Shown here: positions 7,909 to 18,504 of the stretch, in pieces
How the letters are laid out: the number at the start of each line of letters is the position of its first letter
Position numbering within the stretch: position 1 is the first letter of the stretch
Source: Candidatus Shapirobacteria bacterium
Lineage (GTDB): Bacteria > Patescibacteriota > Microgenomatia > UBA12405
Direction of reading: 5' to 3'
DNA: 64,000 nt
Assembly: GCA_016188545.1 (NCBI GenBank)
Contig: JACPHO010000001.1
Location: forward strand, 483,324-547,323
Program-made: the position numbers and the translations under genes
The notes under the pieces: model-generated
What the model was told of the DNA's origin: nothing
Seen by the model: the letters and a program-made list of their open reading frames with translations, nothing else
Databases searched by the model: none

Positions 7909-9103
7909 AAAAAACAAACTTTTTTTGGCGGGTGGGGTATTCCCTTTTCCCAAAAGTAGTGGAGGTGCCACCCGCTTTTACCACACCATAAAGAACTTAA
8001 GCAAATATTTTGATATTTACCTCTTACTTTTCAAACCAAGTTACTATCGTCTATCACCAGCCGATACCCGCTTTCTAAAAAAGCACACTCGATATTACGA
8101 AATCATTGTTACAACTGATCACCAATCCCAGGACTCATTTTTTTCCACTACCAAACCATATTGGTTTTCCCCTTGGTACCATCCCGACGCTCTGTTGGCT
8201 ACTCGTCGGATCATATTCCAGAACAAAATTAAATTTGCTCAAATTGATACAACCCAAATAGCTTATCTCATCGACTCCATCCCCCGAACTGTTTTTTCGA
8301 TATTCGTTGCTTACGATATCTGCACTACTTCATTTATCCGTCGCCTAGCCGAAGTCAAAAATCTGAAAACATATATAGTTCATTACATCCGCTACCTTGA
8401 AATATATTTTTATGAACAAAAATATTTAAAGTTGTTTAACAAAATTGTAGTTATGTCGCCTGTTGACAGAAAAGAAGTCCGTCGTCTTTTCGGTGTTACC
8501 AACAGTATAAGCGTCCCGAACGGTATAGAATCAATCAACTTCCTCAATAAATCAGTTGACCCATCTCCCCTCAAAATTGGCTTGCTCGGGTCATTCAGCC
8601 ATCCTCCCAATCGTTTTGCTTTTTCTTACTTTTTGGAAAATATCGCTCCGCTTTTAAATAGACAGAAAATTAACTTTAATTTATATTTAGTCGGTAATAA
8701 TTCCACCCCTGAGATACAGAGTATAGTCAACAATATCTATCCTCAGATTTATTCCAAAATACATAACCTAGGGTTTATAAAAAGTACCAAAAGTGTCTTT
8801 AAAGGATTTGATTGTCTTTTTGCCCCCATATTTTCAGGTTCCGGTACCCGAGTCAAAATTATTGAGGCCCTCAGTTTTGGTATACCAGTTATCACCAGTC
8901 CCATTGGTGCCGAAGGCATCAAAACGAGCAACCCGTTTTTGACAGTGGCACACACTCCCCAAGAATACGTCAATGCTACCAAAAAGCTTGCATCCATCAA
9001 CGTTCCCTCAAACCTTATAAAGTTAAAAACATTTCTAAAGCCATTTCTTTGGTCAAGTATTTTTGACAAATACTATCAACAAGTCCACCACCACTTTAAA
9101 TGA
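7895..9103 (+). CDS. Glycosyltransferase family 4
   Basis: P...GG..R, VPNGI, GSFSHPPN, GSGTRVKIIEALSFGIPVITSPIGAEG. Confidence 0.9.
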   Translation: MINSKKNKLFLAGGVFPFPKSSGGATRFYHTIKNLSKYFDIYLLLFKPSYYRLSPADTRFLKKHTRYYEIIVTTDHQSQDSFFSTTKPYWFSPWYHPDALLATRRIIFQNKIKFAQIDTTQIAYLIDSIPRTVFSIFVAYDICTTSFIRRLAEVKNLKTYIVHYIRYLEIYFYEQKYLKLFNKIVVMSPVDRKEVRRLFGVTNSISVPNGIESINFLNKSVDPSPLKIGLLGSFSHPPNRFAFSYFLENIAPLLNRQKINFNLYLVGNNSTPEIQSIVNNIYPQIYSKIHNLGFIKSTKSVFKGFDCLFAPIFSGSGTRVKIIEALSFGIPVITSPIGAEGIKTSNPFLTVAHTPQEYVNATKKLASINVPSNLIKLKTFLKPFLWSSIFDKYYQQVHHHFK

Positions 9104-10164
9104 GACCGTTTCAAACCAACCCCATAATTACTTACTCAAAAAAAACATTTATGGGGTTGTGGGATTTTATATCTAATCATAAAAGAATAAAGTTTCTTTT
9201 CGCACCTTCAAACGACACCATGGTCTACTGGATGTATCCAATTTATAAGAATCTACCAAATAGTTCATTCATTGTTTTTCCAAAAATTAATGAAAATGCT
9301 GAAAAGGTATTGCAGGATCTAAAACTAGATTACTATAAATACGAGGTTGGCATCACCAAACAAATACGACCTCAGATTGTCATCGTCGGCAATGACTGGG
9401 GTTGGTCAGAGATGGATCTAATTAAAGAGTGTCATGAGACTAGGATTACCACTGTTGGGATCATGGAAGGACTGTGTAAAATCGAAGAAATAATTCCCTA
9501 CAAAACAGTCGACTATTTTTTCTCACTTGGTGTTATTCCATCAAAAGACCTTCACTATTTAAAAAATAAAGTCAATACCGGTAATCCAAAATTCGACAAA
9601 ATTAAAAAAACACCATTTCCAAAAACCCAACGAGTGTTGATAAACTCAAATTTTGCCTACGGTAACCAAAAAGATAAGAGTCACATCTGGATTGGTGATA
9701 CTACAACAGTATGCAAAAAAAATTCAATCGATTTTTTAATTGCCAAGCACCCCCGAGATGAAGCTAAAATTAACAAAAGTTTGCCATCAGTTTTATCTAA
9801 CGCCTCAAAAATTTCCAAGTTAATCCGTAACAGCACCATTGTAATATCCAGGAGCAGCACCATCATTTACGAAGCGATAAAGGCAGGCAGAATTGTAATT
9901 GTCTACAACCTCTTTAATGAAACAATTGGCCCACTCGAACATCAAAAAAACAGTCACCTATTTTTCAAAACAAATTCAAAAACTCAACTTAATAACACCT
10001 TAAAACATGTTCTCCACTCACTAAAAAACTACGATTACACCATAAATAATCAAGAATACAACCTATTTATTAAAAACCATCTAACTACAAAATCCTCATC
10101 TGCGAAGCTATGTGTAAAGTATTTAAAAAAAATACTACAAAAAAAACTTCTTCAGTCTGGTTAA
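9100..10164 (+). CDS. Putative GT-B fold glycan biosynthesis protein (capsule/teichoic-acid transferase-like)
   Basis: TGNPKFD, KHPRD, SSTIIYEA...G motifs typical of GT-B sialyl/Kdo/glycerophosphate transferases. Confidence 0.55.
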   Translation: MRPFQTNPIITYSKKTFMGLWDFISNHKRIKFLFAPSNDTMVYWMYPIYKNLPNSSFIVFPKINENAEKVLQDLKLDYYKYEVGITKQIRPQIVIVGNDWGWSEMDLIKECHETRITTVGIMEGLCKIEEIIPYKTVDYFFSLGVIPSKDLHYLKNKVNTGNPKFDKIKKTPFPKTQRVLINSNFAYGNQKDKSHIWIGDTTTVCKKNSIDFLIAKHPRDEAKINKSLPSVLSNASKISKLIRNSTIVISRSSTIIYEAIKAGRIVIVYNLFNETIGPLEHQKNSHLFFKTNSKTQLNNTLKHVLHSLKNYDYTINNQEYNLFIKNHLTTKSSSAKLCVKYLKKILQKKLLQSG

Positions 10165-11025
10165 CGGAAATATTTTTGTGCTATATTTAATTATTCTCGG
10201 CACCCGTGATTCGCGAACAACACCACTGTCAACCAACTTTAACAAATTGGTCTTTAGACACAATCTGTCGTATTCTTTTTTTAGCTCACCTTTTTTATAC
10301 AACACGTACCATGCCTTCCAGTGCCAACCAATGTTTGGATCGCCAAGAGGATTTTTCTCGTAGGAAGAGCCTCCATTTATCACTTTTTTTTCAAAATGAG
10401 CATACGATCTAATCGGAAAGTGGTGGATAAACAAATTTCTTAAAATCTGTTTTTCACTCATTTCAACATCTTTTACAAAATGATTACCATATGAAATTTT
10501 GCAAAACTTATTTGAAGTCACCACTTTAGGTGAGTATTCGTAGAGCAAAAACTTACTGCTTTTCATATCGTATAGACTATCGGGATATTTTAAAGGACAA
10601 GAAACAATGTATTTGAAATTGTCAAAATTAAAATCCAGAATCGTTTTTGTTGGTGGAGGAAGATAGTTAATTACATTAACATATCCAACACTATCTACTT
10701 GACCTATCAGTGTTTTTAAACTAGCATCCCTGCCTGCTGTCCACAACTCATCTGCATCAGAATGTATTAAATAGTCTGCACCATTTTCTATTTCAAGTTT
10801 TGCCATCCTACTTACCCACTTATCTTGCTCATAGGTATGTTTACTCTCAATTGTGTAGTCCAAATACTTCATCCTTTTATATTTTTCCAGAATCTCAACG
10901 GTTCCATCTACAGATCCGTTATCAGTTACTCTAATCCAATCAACACCCTGATTTAAATGATGACATATATTCGCCTCAAGGATATCCTCTTCATCCCGCA
11001 CCAACAAAGTCATTACCAGTTTCAT
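10135..11025 (-). CDS. Glycosyltransferase family 2 (Glyco_tranf_2_4-like)
   Basis: LVRDEEDILEANI.HH..QGVD, DNGSVDGT, DADE, HFPIRS. Confidence 0.88.
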   Translation of the reverse strand: MKLVMTLLVRDEEDILEANICHHLNQGVDWIRVTDNGSVDGTVEILEKYKRMKYLDYTIESKHTYEQDKWVSRMAKLEIENGADYLIHSDADELWTAGRDASLKTLIGQVDSVGYVNVINYLPPPTKTILDFNFDNFKYIVSCPLKYPDSLYDMKSSKFLLYEYSPKVVTSNKFCKISYGNHFVKDVEMSEKQILRNLFIHHFPIRSYAHFEKKVINGGSSYEKNPLGDPNIGWHWKAWYVLYKKGELKKEYDRLCLKTNLLKLVDSGVVRESRVPRIIKYSTKIFPLTRLKKFFL

Positions 11026-11040
11026 CTTCTCATTATATTA

Positions 11041-11937
11041 CTAAATATTAACCTGATCCTTATATAAGTACTGTTTTTCATAAATCTGAAAACAGTTTTG
11101 ACACAATTTCGGTGGAGTTCTATTTTCAATTTTACTCCTTAAATCATTATATTTTGAGTTAGTCCATATTTTCTCTAAACTAGATTCTAAAATATTTCCC
11201 ATAACACTTTGGCTAGTCAAATCATAACAACAAGGGACGACATCTCCATTCCACCTAATTGTCAATGTACTAATAATGTGATCACAAAAATTTGCTATCA
11301 GCTTACTTTTTGTCTTGTTTCTTCCGGGATATTCAGGCCACATATATGAATAATATGACTTAATTTCTATTTCGTCAGTCCAATCAGCAAATTTTTCAAG
11401 TATATTATTAGGCGAATAAATAACCTTTAAGTCTGTATTCCGACTCGGGACTTGAATATTATGAATAACAACTTCAACCTTTGAACCGCATTCTTTCTTT
11501 CTCTTAAGCAATTTAATAATTTGATTTGAAATCTGCAAAAAATCACTACCTCTTCTTATATTATTATTTTCGACGACAGACGAGCCATCTAGTGAAAATT
11601 CAATTCGAGACAATGGTGATAATAATATTTTTTCGATGATTTCATCAGTCATCAACGAACCATTTGTATTTAATTTGACAAACTCAGAAATAGTTGCCAC
11701 TTTATCTATCATGTAAAACAGATCTTTTGAAATTAATGGTTCTCCACCATGATAGAGTACAGCCGACTTAAATCTATAAATATTTATTTTGCTAAAGACC
11801 AAATCGAAAATTTGTCTCGACATAATACCTGCGCTTTTATTTAAACCAATTCCCACAGTACAATGCTGGCAACGAAAGTTACATAATCCGCTTGGTTCTA
11901 TTCTTATAACTATTGGCAGTATAAATTTTTTTTTCAT
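11041..11937 (-). CDS. Radical SAM protein with SPASM/Twitch domain
   Basis: CNFRCQHC, GEPL, TNG, C-terminal C...I.WNGDVVPCC.D..GN...IW...C..C. Confidence 0.9.
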   Translation of the reverse strand: MKKKFILPIVIRIEPSGLCNFRCQHCTVGIGLNKSAGIMSRQIFDLVFSKINIYRFKSAVLYHGGEPLISKDLFYMIDKVATISEFVKLNTNGSLMTDEIIEKILLSPLSRIEFSLDGSSVVENNNIRRGSDFLQISNQIIKLLKRKKECGSKVEVVIHNIQVPSRNTDLKVIYSPNNILEKFADWTDEIEIKSYYSYMWPEYPGRNKTKSKLIANFCDHIISTLTIRWNGDVVPCCYDLTSQSVMGNILESSLEKIWTNSKYNDLRSKIENRTPPKLCQNCFQIYEKQYLYKDQVNI

Positions 11938-12560
11938 CTTAGATGCAAAACGTGTGTATACGCTATTCCGTGACCATAATTATCACCCACAAGACCCAAT
12001 CCTTTAGTTGACCTTATTATCTTAAAACCGGATTTTTTTATTTTATCTACAAGTTTTTTCGGGGTCAAACTAACAGGATGCATTGGATTAGTTTCCTTAT
12101 GAATGTCGACCGATAGTAAAAATTCACCATCATCCTGCAAATACTTGTAGCAATTTTCCAAAACCTTATCTACATCAAACATATGGTCAAATACATTAAT
12201 ACACATAATAAATTTAACTGCACCTTCCAACTCTTTTATTGTCTTCTCAGCTGGTGCTGAAAATACTTTATAAGCATCATTCAAGTCATTCCAGGGTACA
12301 GTCTTAATAAAATCACTTCCCAGTGGTTCAATTCCTACAATCAAGGCATCGGTAAAAAACTTACTACGTAATTTTGAACCACATCCCAAGTCTATTATTA
12401 CCTGGCCTTTAAACATTGTTCTTTTGTACCCAAAACCTTCCATTAACTTTATTGTTTGTTCCATAAAACCTGCTGTATTCCGCCATTCATTCGTTTGATG
12501 AAAGATCAGTTCTCCCGGCTGAGCCTCCTTTTTCCAAGCTGTTTTTGCGATATTTTTCAT
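11934..12560 (-). CDS. Class I SAM-dependent methyltransferase
   Basis: IDLGCGS motif I, INVFDH, L..DG; start moved to ATG 12560 to avoid overlap with the upstream gene. Confidence 0.8.
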   Translation of the reverse strand: MKNIAKTAWKKEAQPGELIFHQTNEWRNTAGFMEQTIKLMEGFGYKRTMFKGQVIIDLGCGSKLRSKFFTDALIVGIEPLGSDFIKTVPWNDLNDAYKVFSAPAEKTIKELEGAVKFIMCINVFDHMFDVDKVLENCYKYLQDDGEFLLSVDIHKETNPMHPVSLTPKKLVDKIKKSGFKIIRSTKGLGLVGDNYGHGIAYTHVLHLR

Positions 12561-12580
12561 AAATAATTCTACAACATCTG

Positions 12581-14308
12581 TTACTTTATACACAAATACA
12601 AGACAGTATCGGCATATAAAGTCGGGCTTTGAAAATACCATGCCGCCGGATTTATTTTTACCTGGTCACAGTTTCGATTTTTGGTCCAATAAATTGATTT
12701 TAAATTCAACCATTGTGTGTTGCCTATCACCAAAATCTCACTTTCCTCGTCAACCTTTTTTAACAATGATTTAAAATCATCCGAAATCTGATTACTATTT
12801 GTCAGTTCATTGTATTTAGCTGTGTCAACCGCTTGAACTACCGATGCTCCATTCACGCTAGCCAGATAAGCCAAAAATGACTCCTGCCCACGATAGGCAA
12901 TAATCACCGTTCTCTTTTTATCCAATATCGATTTATAGCTATTTTCGATATCCTCCAACCTATCTTTACCAATTAATCGCCAACCATCAACATAATGTTT
13001 TATGAAGTAAGGCCTGTCGGCCGAACTCTTCAACCACTGTAAGTCGGGTCTCCATCCAAAATCAGTCGACACCGAATTAAAACACAAACCCACAAATATC
13101 AGCAACCACCACCAATATTTTTTAAACTTAAAATCATATTTAACTTTAAGTTCATTTATCAGGTACAACCAGTAGACAGCCACAAAAGTCAACAAATATC
13201 GTGAATATCCCATCAATACCGACCATAATAAATAACTAAAAACGAAAATGGCATATTTCCATTTTCGTTTTACCAACAACATCCACCACGACCACAAATA
13301 GGGGACTGCCCAAAAACTGGCAAAAAAGTACTTGGCATTATCATTTACCAAACCTTCTCCATATCTTAACGTAAACTGCCCAACAATCGGCCACAACAAA
13401 ACTTCCCACCAGTTTTGAGGTCCCCATCTTGCATCCTTAAAACTCGTCAAAGAGTAAAGTGGGGACTTAAAAAAACCGTTGTACAAAAACGAAATCGGGT
13501 TACCGGTATTAATATATGATGCTCCAAAAAAGATAAATATCGGTATCAAAAACAAAAACACCCAAATCCATTTAATATCTTTTTTCTTTTGCCAAACCAA
13601 ATACAAAAACAATGGCATCAAGACTATTCCTGCCGATTGTTTAATAATCATGGACAACAAACCGACAATCACCCCCAAAGTTCGATTTCCTTTATTAGTC
13701 GCCAACTGATAAAACATCTCTACTCCCAGCACCAACGTCAAAAAATCTACCATGAACGTCGTGTGTGTCGCCATCAAGTGGGGTACAAAAAAGACGTATA
13801 AAAATATTAAATCCCAAGCAATTTTTTTATTTTTATTTTTTTCAACATGCTTTAATCTCAAATTTATGGATATGTACCATCCAATCAACAAAATACCATT
13901 AACCAACAAACTCAAACGAAAACCCAAGATATTCAATAAAAATGGATATATCAGCTGAGCTACAGGATAAACATATGAACCGTAATCCAGAGGTAAAAAA
14001 TTTGTCGCCTGCCATAGGTTTTTCGCATATCCACCGACCTCCAAATGGAACGCAAAATCGTCGTAGACTGGATAATAAATCGGAAAACGGCTCAATAACA
14101 CTATCCACAATGGCACTGTCCACCAAAGGTCAATTAATCTAATTCTTTTGTACTTGTCAATGCCACATTTCCTTAAAACTCTCCACAAAATTAACCACAA
14201 TAACACCAAACTCCAGTTAAAAATATCTTTATCAATATCCGGGAAAACCGAAGCCATAGCCAAACCTACAACCCCAGACATCAAAAAACTGATATATATA
14301 GATCTCAT
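12581..14308 (-). CDS. Polytopic membrane protein, probable GT-C glycosyltransferase
   Basis: YDDFAFHL luminal motif, many TM helices, TGNP.F..YN..F.SP, D.RWGP. Confidence 0.6.
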   Translation of the reverse strand: MRSIYISFLMSGVVGLAMASVFPDIDKDIFNWSLVLLWLILWRVLRKCGIDKYKRIRLIDLWWTVPLWIVLLSRFPIYYPVYDDFAFHLEVGGYAKNLWQATNFLPLDYGSYVYPVAQLIYPFLLNILGFRLSLLVNGILLIGWYISINLRLKHVEKNKNKKIAWDLIFLYVFFVPHLMATHTTFMVDFLTLVLGVEMFYQLATNKGNRTLGVIVGLLSMIIKQSAGIVLMPLFLYLVWQKKKDIKWIWVFLFLIPIFIFFGASYINTGNPISFLYNGFFKSPLYSLTSFKDARWGPQNWWEVLLWPIVGQFTLRYGEGLVNDNAKYFFASFWAVPYLWSWWMLLVKRKWKYAIFVFSYLLWSVLMGYSRYLLTFVAVYWLYLINELKVKYDFKFKKYWWWLLIFVGLCFNSVSTDFGWRPDLQWLKSSADRPYFIKHYVDGWRLIGKDRLEDIENSYKSILDKKRTVIIAYRGQESFLAYLASVNGASVVQAVDTAKYNELTNSNQISDDFKSLLKKVDEESEILVIGNTQWLNLKSIYWTKNRNCDQVKINPAAWYFQSPTLYADTVLYLCIK

Positions 14309-14340
14309 CACAACTTGACTTCATGATATCATCACATCAA

Positions 14341-15729
14341 ATGCTTTTCAGTTCAAATATATTTTTATTTGTTTTTCTGCCCTTAGTCTTAATCTCATAC
14401 TACTGTCTTCAAAAAATAGTCAAGCTGCCAATTATTTTTCTAAATCTTTTTCTAGTTTTTTGCAGTCTTTCTTTCTTTTATTGGGGAAGTGGTAAGTTCA
14501 TCATCGTTTTCTTTGGCTCAATAATATTCAACTTTATCTTTGGCCAACTAATTGGGAAATTGAATGCACTCAAGAAAAGCCTCCTTGCAACTGCCATAAT
14601 TATCAACCTGTCTCTTCTCGTGTATTTCAAGTATTTCAGCTTTTTCTACCAGCAATCATCTATTATTTTCGATTTAAACTTACCTCAAATTAATCCTATT
14701 TTTCTTCCCATCGGCATTTCCTTTTATACTTTTATGGCCATTTCCTACCTCGTTGATATCTATCAACAAAAGCAAAAACCAGCCAACATCATTAATTTTG
14801 CACTTTATATCAGCTTATTTCCCCACCTTGTCGCCGGCCCCATTGTTCGTTATCAAGAAATTGCCGACAAAATCAAAAAAAGACAACCAAACATCGACCA
14901 ATTTTTCGATGGACTCTGGCGATTTTCGATAGGTTTGGGAAAAAAAGTTATCATTGCCAACTCAGTTGGACAGCTGGCCGATAAAGTTTTTTCTCTTCCA
15001 CAAAACGAAATTGGCTCTGTATTAGCCATCCTGGGAATTCTTGCTTATACAATCCAAATATATTTTGATTTTTCCGGCTATTCCGATATGGCAATTGGTT
15101 TGGCATCTTTTTTTGGTTTTAGCTTTCCAGAAAATTTTAATAACCCATATCAGGCTACCTCAATCACCGATTTTTGGCGTCGCTGGCACATGTCTCTTTC
15201 GCGATTTTTCCGCGATTATCTTTACATTCCCCTTGGTGGCAGTCGCCTAGGATCAATCAGGACCTATTTCAATTTACTAATTGTATTCATACTCTGCGGT
15301 CTCTGGCACGGTGCTGCCTGGACCTTTGTAGTTTGGGGCTTATATCACGGTCTATTACTGGCTATCGAACGAATTGCTAAAAACAAATTTGGATTTGTGC
15401 CTAGTGGTAAGATATTTCAGTTAATAACTTTCTTACTCGTTTCGTTGGGTTGGATAATTTTCCGCTCGCCCAATTTTTCCTTTGCCATTTCATATATCAA
15501 TAATATATTTGCATTCTCTACCGCCCTACCCCAATTTTATACCCTCCGATATTTTGTTCCCAACAACATCGCCTTCTTTTTAGTACTGGGATTAGTCTTT
15601 TCTTTTGTTCCTCTTTCCAAACCAAAAAATACAATTGTTTGCGGGTTAATTGCAATATTTATATTAATTACCTCTTTGGCTTTTCTTTCCAAGACCTCAT
15701 TTACCCCATTTATTTATTTTCAATTTTAA
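14341..15729 (+). CDS. MBOAT family O-acyltransferase (AlgI/PatA-like)
   Basis: MLFSS..FLF.FLP, LPIGISFYTF, FPHLVAGPIVRY, DFSGYSDMAIG, FWRRWHMSLS, GLWHGA, FIYFQF. Confidence 0.93.
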   Translation: MLFSSNIFLFVFLPLVLISYYCLQKIVKLPIIFLNLFLVFCSLSFFYWGSGKFIIVFFGSIIFNFIFGQLIGKLNALKKSLLATAIIINLSLLVYFKYFSFFYQQSSIIFDLNLPQINPIFLPIGISFYTFMAISYLVDIYQQKQKPANIINFALYISLFPHLVAGPIVRYQEIADKIKKRQPNIDQFFDGLWRFSIGLGKKVIIANSVGQLADKVFSLPQNEIGSVLAILGILAYTIQIYFDFSGYSDMAIGLASFFGFSFPENFNNPYQATSITDFWRRWHMSLSRFFRDYLYIPLGGSRLGSIRTYFNLLIVFILCGLWHGAAWTFVVWGLYHGLLLAIERIAKNKFGFVPSGKIFQLITFLLVSLGWIIFRSPNFSFAISYINNIFAFSTALPQFYTLRYFVPNNIAFFLVLGLVFSFVPLSKPKNTIVCGLIAIFILITSLAFLSKTSFTPFIYFQF

Positions 15730-16916
15730 TGTCATCCGTCATGTTTTGGCATAATTTAAAATTAATTCTAATATCTACATTAATTGGGAGTGTTTCTGTT
15801 TTTATCTTTCGTAAAAAAATTAATCAAAAAGTCTTATTCATCGCTATCTTTTTGTTACTGCTGGTTTTTCCACATATTCAGACTAAAACTAATATAATTA
15901 GATATCGACCATTAGAGGAAAACAGGAAAAAACTGACTATTCCTCCAGGTAACTTTATTACCGAAATATATAACAATCAAAAAATTTATACCCTTGCTTA
16001 CGAAAAATATTTTAATGACAACTACGGTTTACGCGACCTATTTATCCGTCTCAAAAACCAAATTGACTATTCTCTCTTTGGAGTTTCCGATGAAGTATTA
16101 TTGGGCAAAGATAACTGGCTATTTTACAAAAGCGTTGTCGAACGTGAAGAAATCCTGCTAGAACAACAAAGCGATGTTGATTTTCAAAATATCCAAGACA
16201 AGATCTTGGCATTAAACAAGTATTTCCAAGATCGAGGCATCCTGCTTGTCATGATGCCAGTCCCTATGAAGAATTCGGTCTATCCCGAGTATTACATCAA
16301 TCCCACCACTCGTCGACCCACCGTCACTAAGTTCGACAAGTTTATGACCTACCTCAAATCTCATCCGAAGATAAATACCATCGATGTTCCGGAAATTCTG
16401 TCAAAAAATAAGAACCAATACCAATTATTCTACAAAACAGATTTCCATTGGAACGATACTGCTGCCTATTTGATCTCTCAGGAGACCATCAAATCAATTA
16501 ATAAGTGGACAAATAACTCGACACCATGGATGTATCAATTGAACACTCGGGTTGACACCAATTTTGTCGGCGGTCAAACCAATTACCTAGCCACCTTGAC
16601 ATCCCCCAAAGAGGATGCCGTTCATGTAGCCAACTCTCCCAAAGGCTCAGTTCCAGATCCCGCCACCCCTAAGCCTTTTCTCTACTATTTTAAGTCACCT
16701 GTTACTAATCAAAAACTATTACCAAAGACCTTGTTTATCGGTAATTCCTACTTTCTCAACTTTCTCAACACCGGCATTATTGACCACTTTTCTGAGACTC
16801 TGATGATTCATAGCAACGACATGGCCAAAATCCCCTCAGCAGTACCCAAAGATGTCAAAATAGTTATCTGGCAACTAATCGAAGTTGATCTCCTCAAAGG
16901 ATTTCTGTTCAAATAA
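15729..16916 (+). CDS. AlgJ/AlgX-like SGNH O-acetyltransferase
   Basis: GKDNWLFY, KTDFHWN, GNSY motifs; TAATG-coupled to the MBOAT gene. Confidence 0.85.
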   Translation: MSSVMFWHNLKLILISTLIGSVSVFIFRKKINQKVLFIAIFLLLLVFPHIQTKTNIIRYRPLEENRKKLTIPPGNFITEIYNNQKIYTLAYEKYFNDNYGLRDLFIRLKNQIDYSLFGVSDEVLLGKDNWLFYKSVVEREEILLEQQSDVDFQNIQDKILALNKYFQDRGILLVMMPVPMKNSVYPEYYINPTTRRPTVTKFDKFMTYLKSHPKINTIDVPEILSKNKNQYQLFYKTDFHWNDTAAYLISQETIKSINKWTNNSTPWMYQLNTRVDTNFVGGQTNYLATLTSPKEDAVHVANSPKGSVPDPATPKPFLYYFKSPVTNQKLLPKTLFIGNSYFLNFLNTGIIDHFSETLMIHSNDMAKIPSAVPKDVKIVIWQLIEVDLLKGFLFK

Positions 16917-18497
16917 ATGAAAATATCAAAATTTGAGATACTAACTATTTCTCTGCTATTTCTAATTACTTTTATTTTTCTTGCCAAAGCACTAAGTATT
17001 AATTGGTACAATGGTATGGGTGATAATGCCACATATGCCGATATTACCCAGACCATAGCCAAAACTGGCAAAACCCAAAGCCAAGTACTCTCCACCACCA
17101 TCGACTATATATTTAACCAAAAACTAGTTACTATCACTCCAGCTGAAATTATCAACTTAAAGCTAGAAACACACCTGTACAATCAAAACATTTTTAGATT
17201 TCATTTTACTCCGATCCAATACTTGTTTGCTTTACTATCAAAAATATTTCCCCTTCATATCTTATGGGAAAGCCTAACCGCCCTTTTTTATTTATCACTA
17301 CTATTTTTAACATATTTCTTGCTAAGAACAAAACAAATACCTATAGTTAGTGCCCTCATTTTAATCATTTTTATTTCTTTACATCCTGCCTGGAACATAT
17401 CTATCTTTGGTCAAATATATGTTGATAAAGTATTCTTATTGACAGCCACCATATTGCTATTTGCTCTAAGTCAAAAAAAACAATCCTTACTGCTCATCAC
17501 AGTATCCAGTCTAATTTCAGCTCTGATAATTGAAAAAACCGCTATTATCACCGGCATTCTTCTGATCTCATATTCACGATTATTTTGGAACCGGAAAAAT
17601 ACATCCTCTCAATTCAAAATATTTTTGTTGGGCTCAATTATCGGATTATATGGTTTTGTTATTGTCAGATTTTTTCTTGACAATAGTTACTACTCATCGT
17701 TTTTATCTTTGTCCTCCATCACTGGATTTGCTGACTATCTTTCTACTTACCCCAACGCCTATCAAAATCTTGTAACATTTTTGTTGATCAACGCTCCGTT
17801 TTTATTATTAGGATTTTTTGAATGGCGTGCTCTATTAATTGCCATTTTAATGATAATCCCCAACATCTTTGGCAATTTAGGTGGAGCCGAAAAAGTCGGC
17901 TGGGTAACCCACTATCACCTCATTTACTTTCCATTTCTCGTTTGGGCAGGAGTATTGGGCTACATCAATCTCCAAAAAAAATGGCTAAACAAATTTGGTA
18001 GATTGCTGTTAAACATAATTCTGATATCAACAACTATCATTTATGGCAATGTTTATAACCTAAAAACGTTTAAATTAAACCAAGATTCAATTACTAAAAC
18101 AGTTTATAGTTCTTGGCCAATGACAACCAGGACCATTTTAAGAGATTCAATTAATCCCCAGGGTAAATATCAACAACAAAAGCAACTCGAAAAATTTATT
18201 GCTGACAATATTCCTCTAAACTCAAAAGTTTCGGTTCCCGAAAACTTAATGATATATCTTTTTCAAAAAAATAGAGTTTATTACTACCCACTTGGCATTG
18301 ATGATGCCGACTATGCGGTGCTTCATGTTAACAAAAACGTTTCTCCATTTACATACTACGGAATATATACATTTATTGGCTCAGATAATAACACCAAAAT
18401 CGACAATATTCTTTTTGATAGAATGGTTAAACTCAAATATGACTTTAATCAATCCCTAATTTATAATGATGTTGCCATTATTAAACGAATCAAATAA
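16917..18497 (+). CDS. Membrane protein, DUF2079-like / probable GT-C glycosyltransferase
   Basis: D.A.Y near N-terminus, HF.P..Y, many TM helices, HYH..YFPFL. Confidence 0.55.
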   Translation: MKISKFEILTISLLFLITFIFLAKALSINWYNGMGDNATYADITQTIAKTGKTQSQVLSTTIDYIFNQKLVTITPAEIINLKLETHLYNQNIFRFHFTPIQYLFALLSKIFPLHILWESLTALFYLSLLFLTYFLLRTKQIPIVSALILIIFISLHPAWNISIFGQIYVDKVFLLTATILLFALSQKKQSLLLITVSSLISALIIEKTAIITGILLISYSRLFWNRKNTSSQFKIFLLGSIIGLYGFVIVRFFLDNSYYSSFLSLSSITGFADYLSTYPNAYQNLVTFLLINAPFLLLGFFEWRALLIAILMIIPNIFGNLGGAEKVGWVTHYHLIYFPFLVWAGVLGYINLQKKWLNKFGRLLLNIILISTTIIYGNVYNLKTFKLNQDSITKTVYSSWPMTTRTILRDSINPQGKYQQQKQLEKFIADNIPLNSKVSVPENLMIYLFQKNRVYYYPLGIDDADYAVLHVNKNVSPFTYYGIYTFIGSDNNTKIDNILFDRMVKLKYDFNQSLIYNDVAIIKRIK

Positions 18498-18504
18498 ATA
18501 ATAT

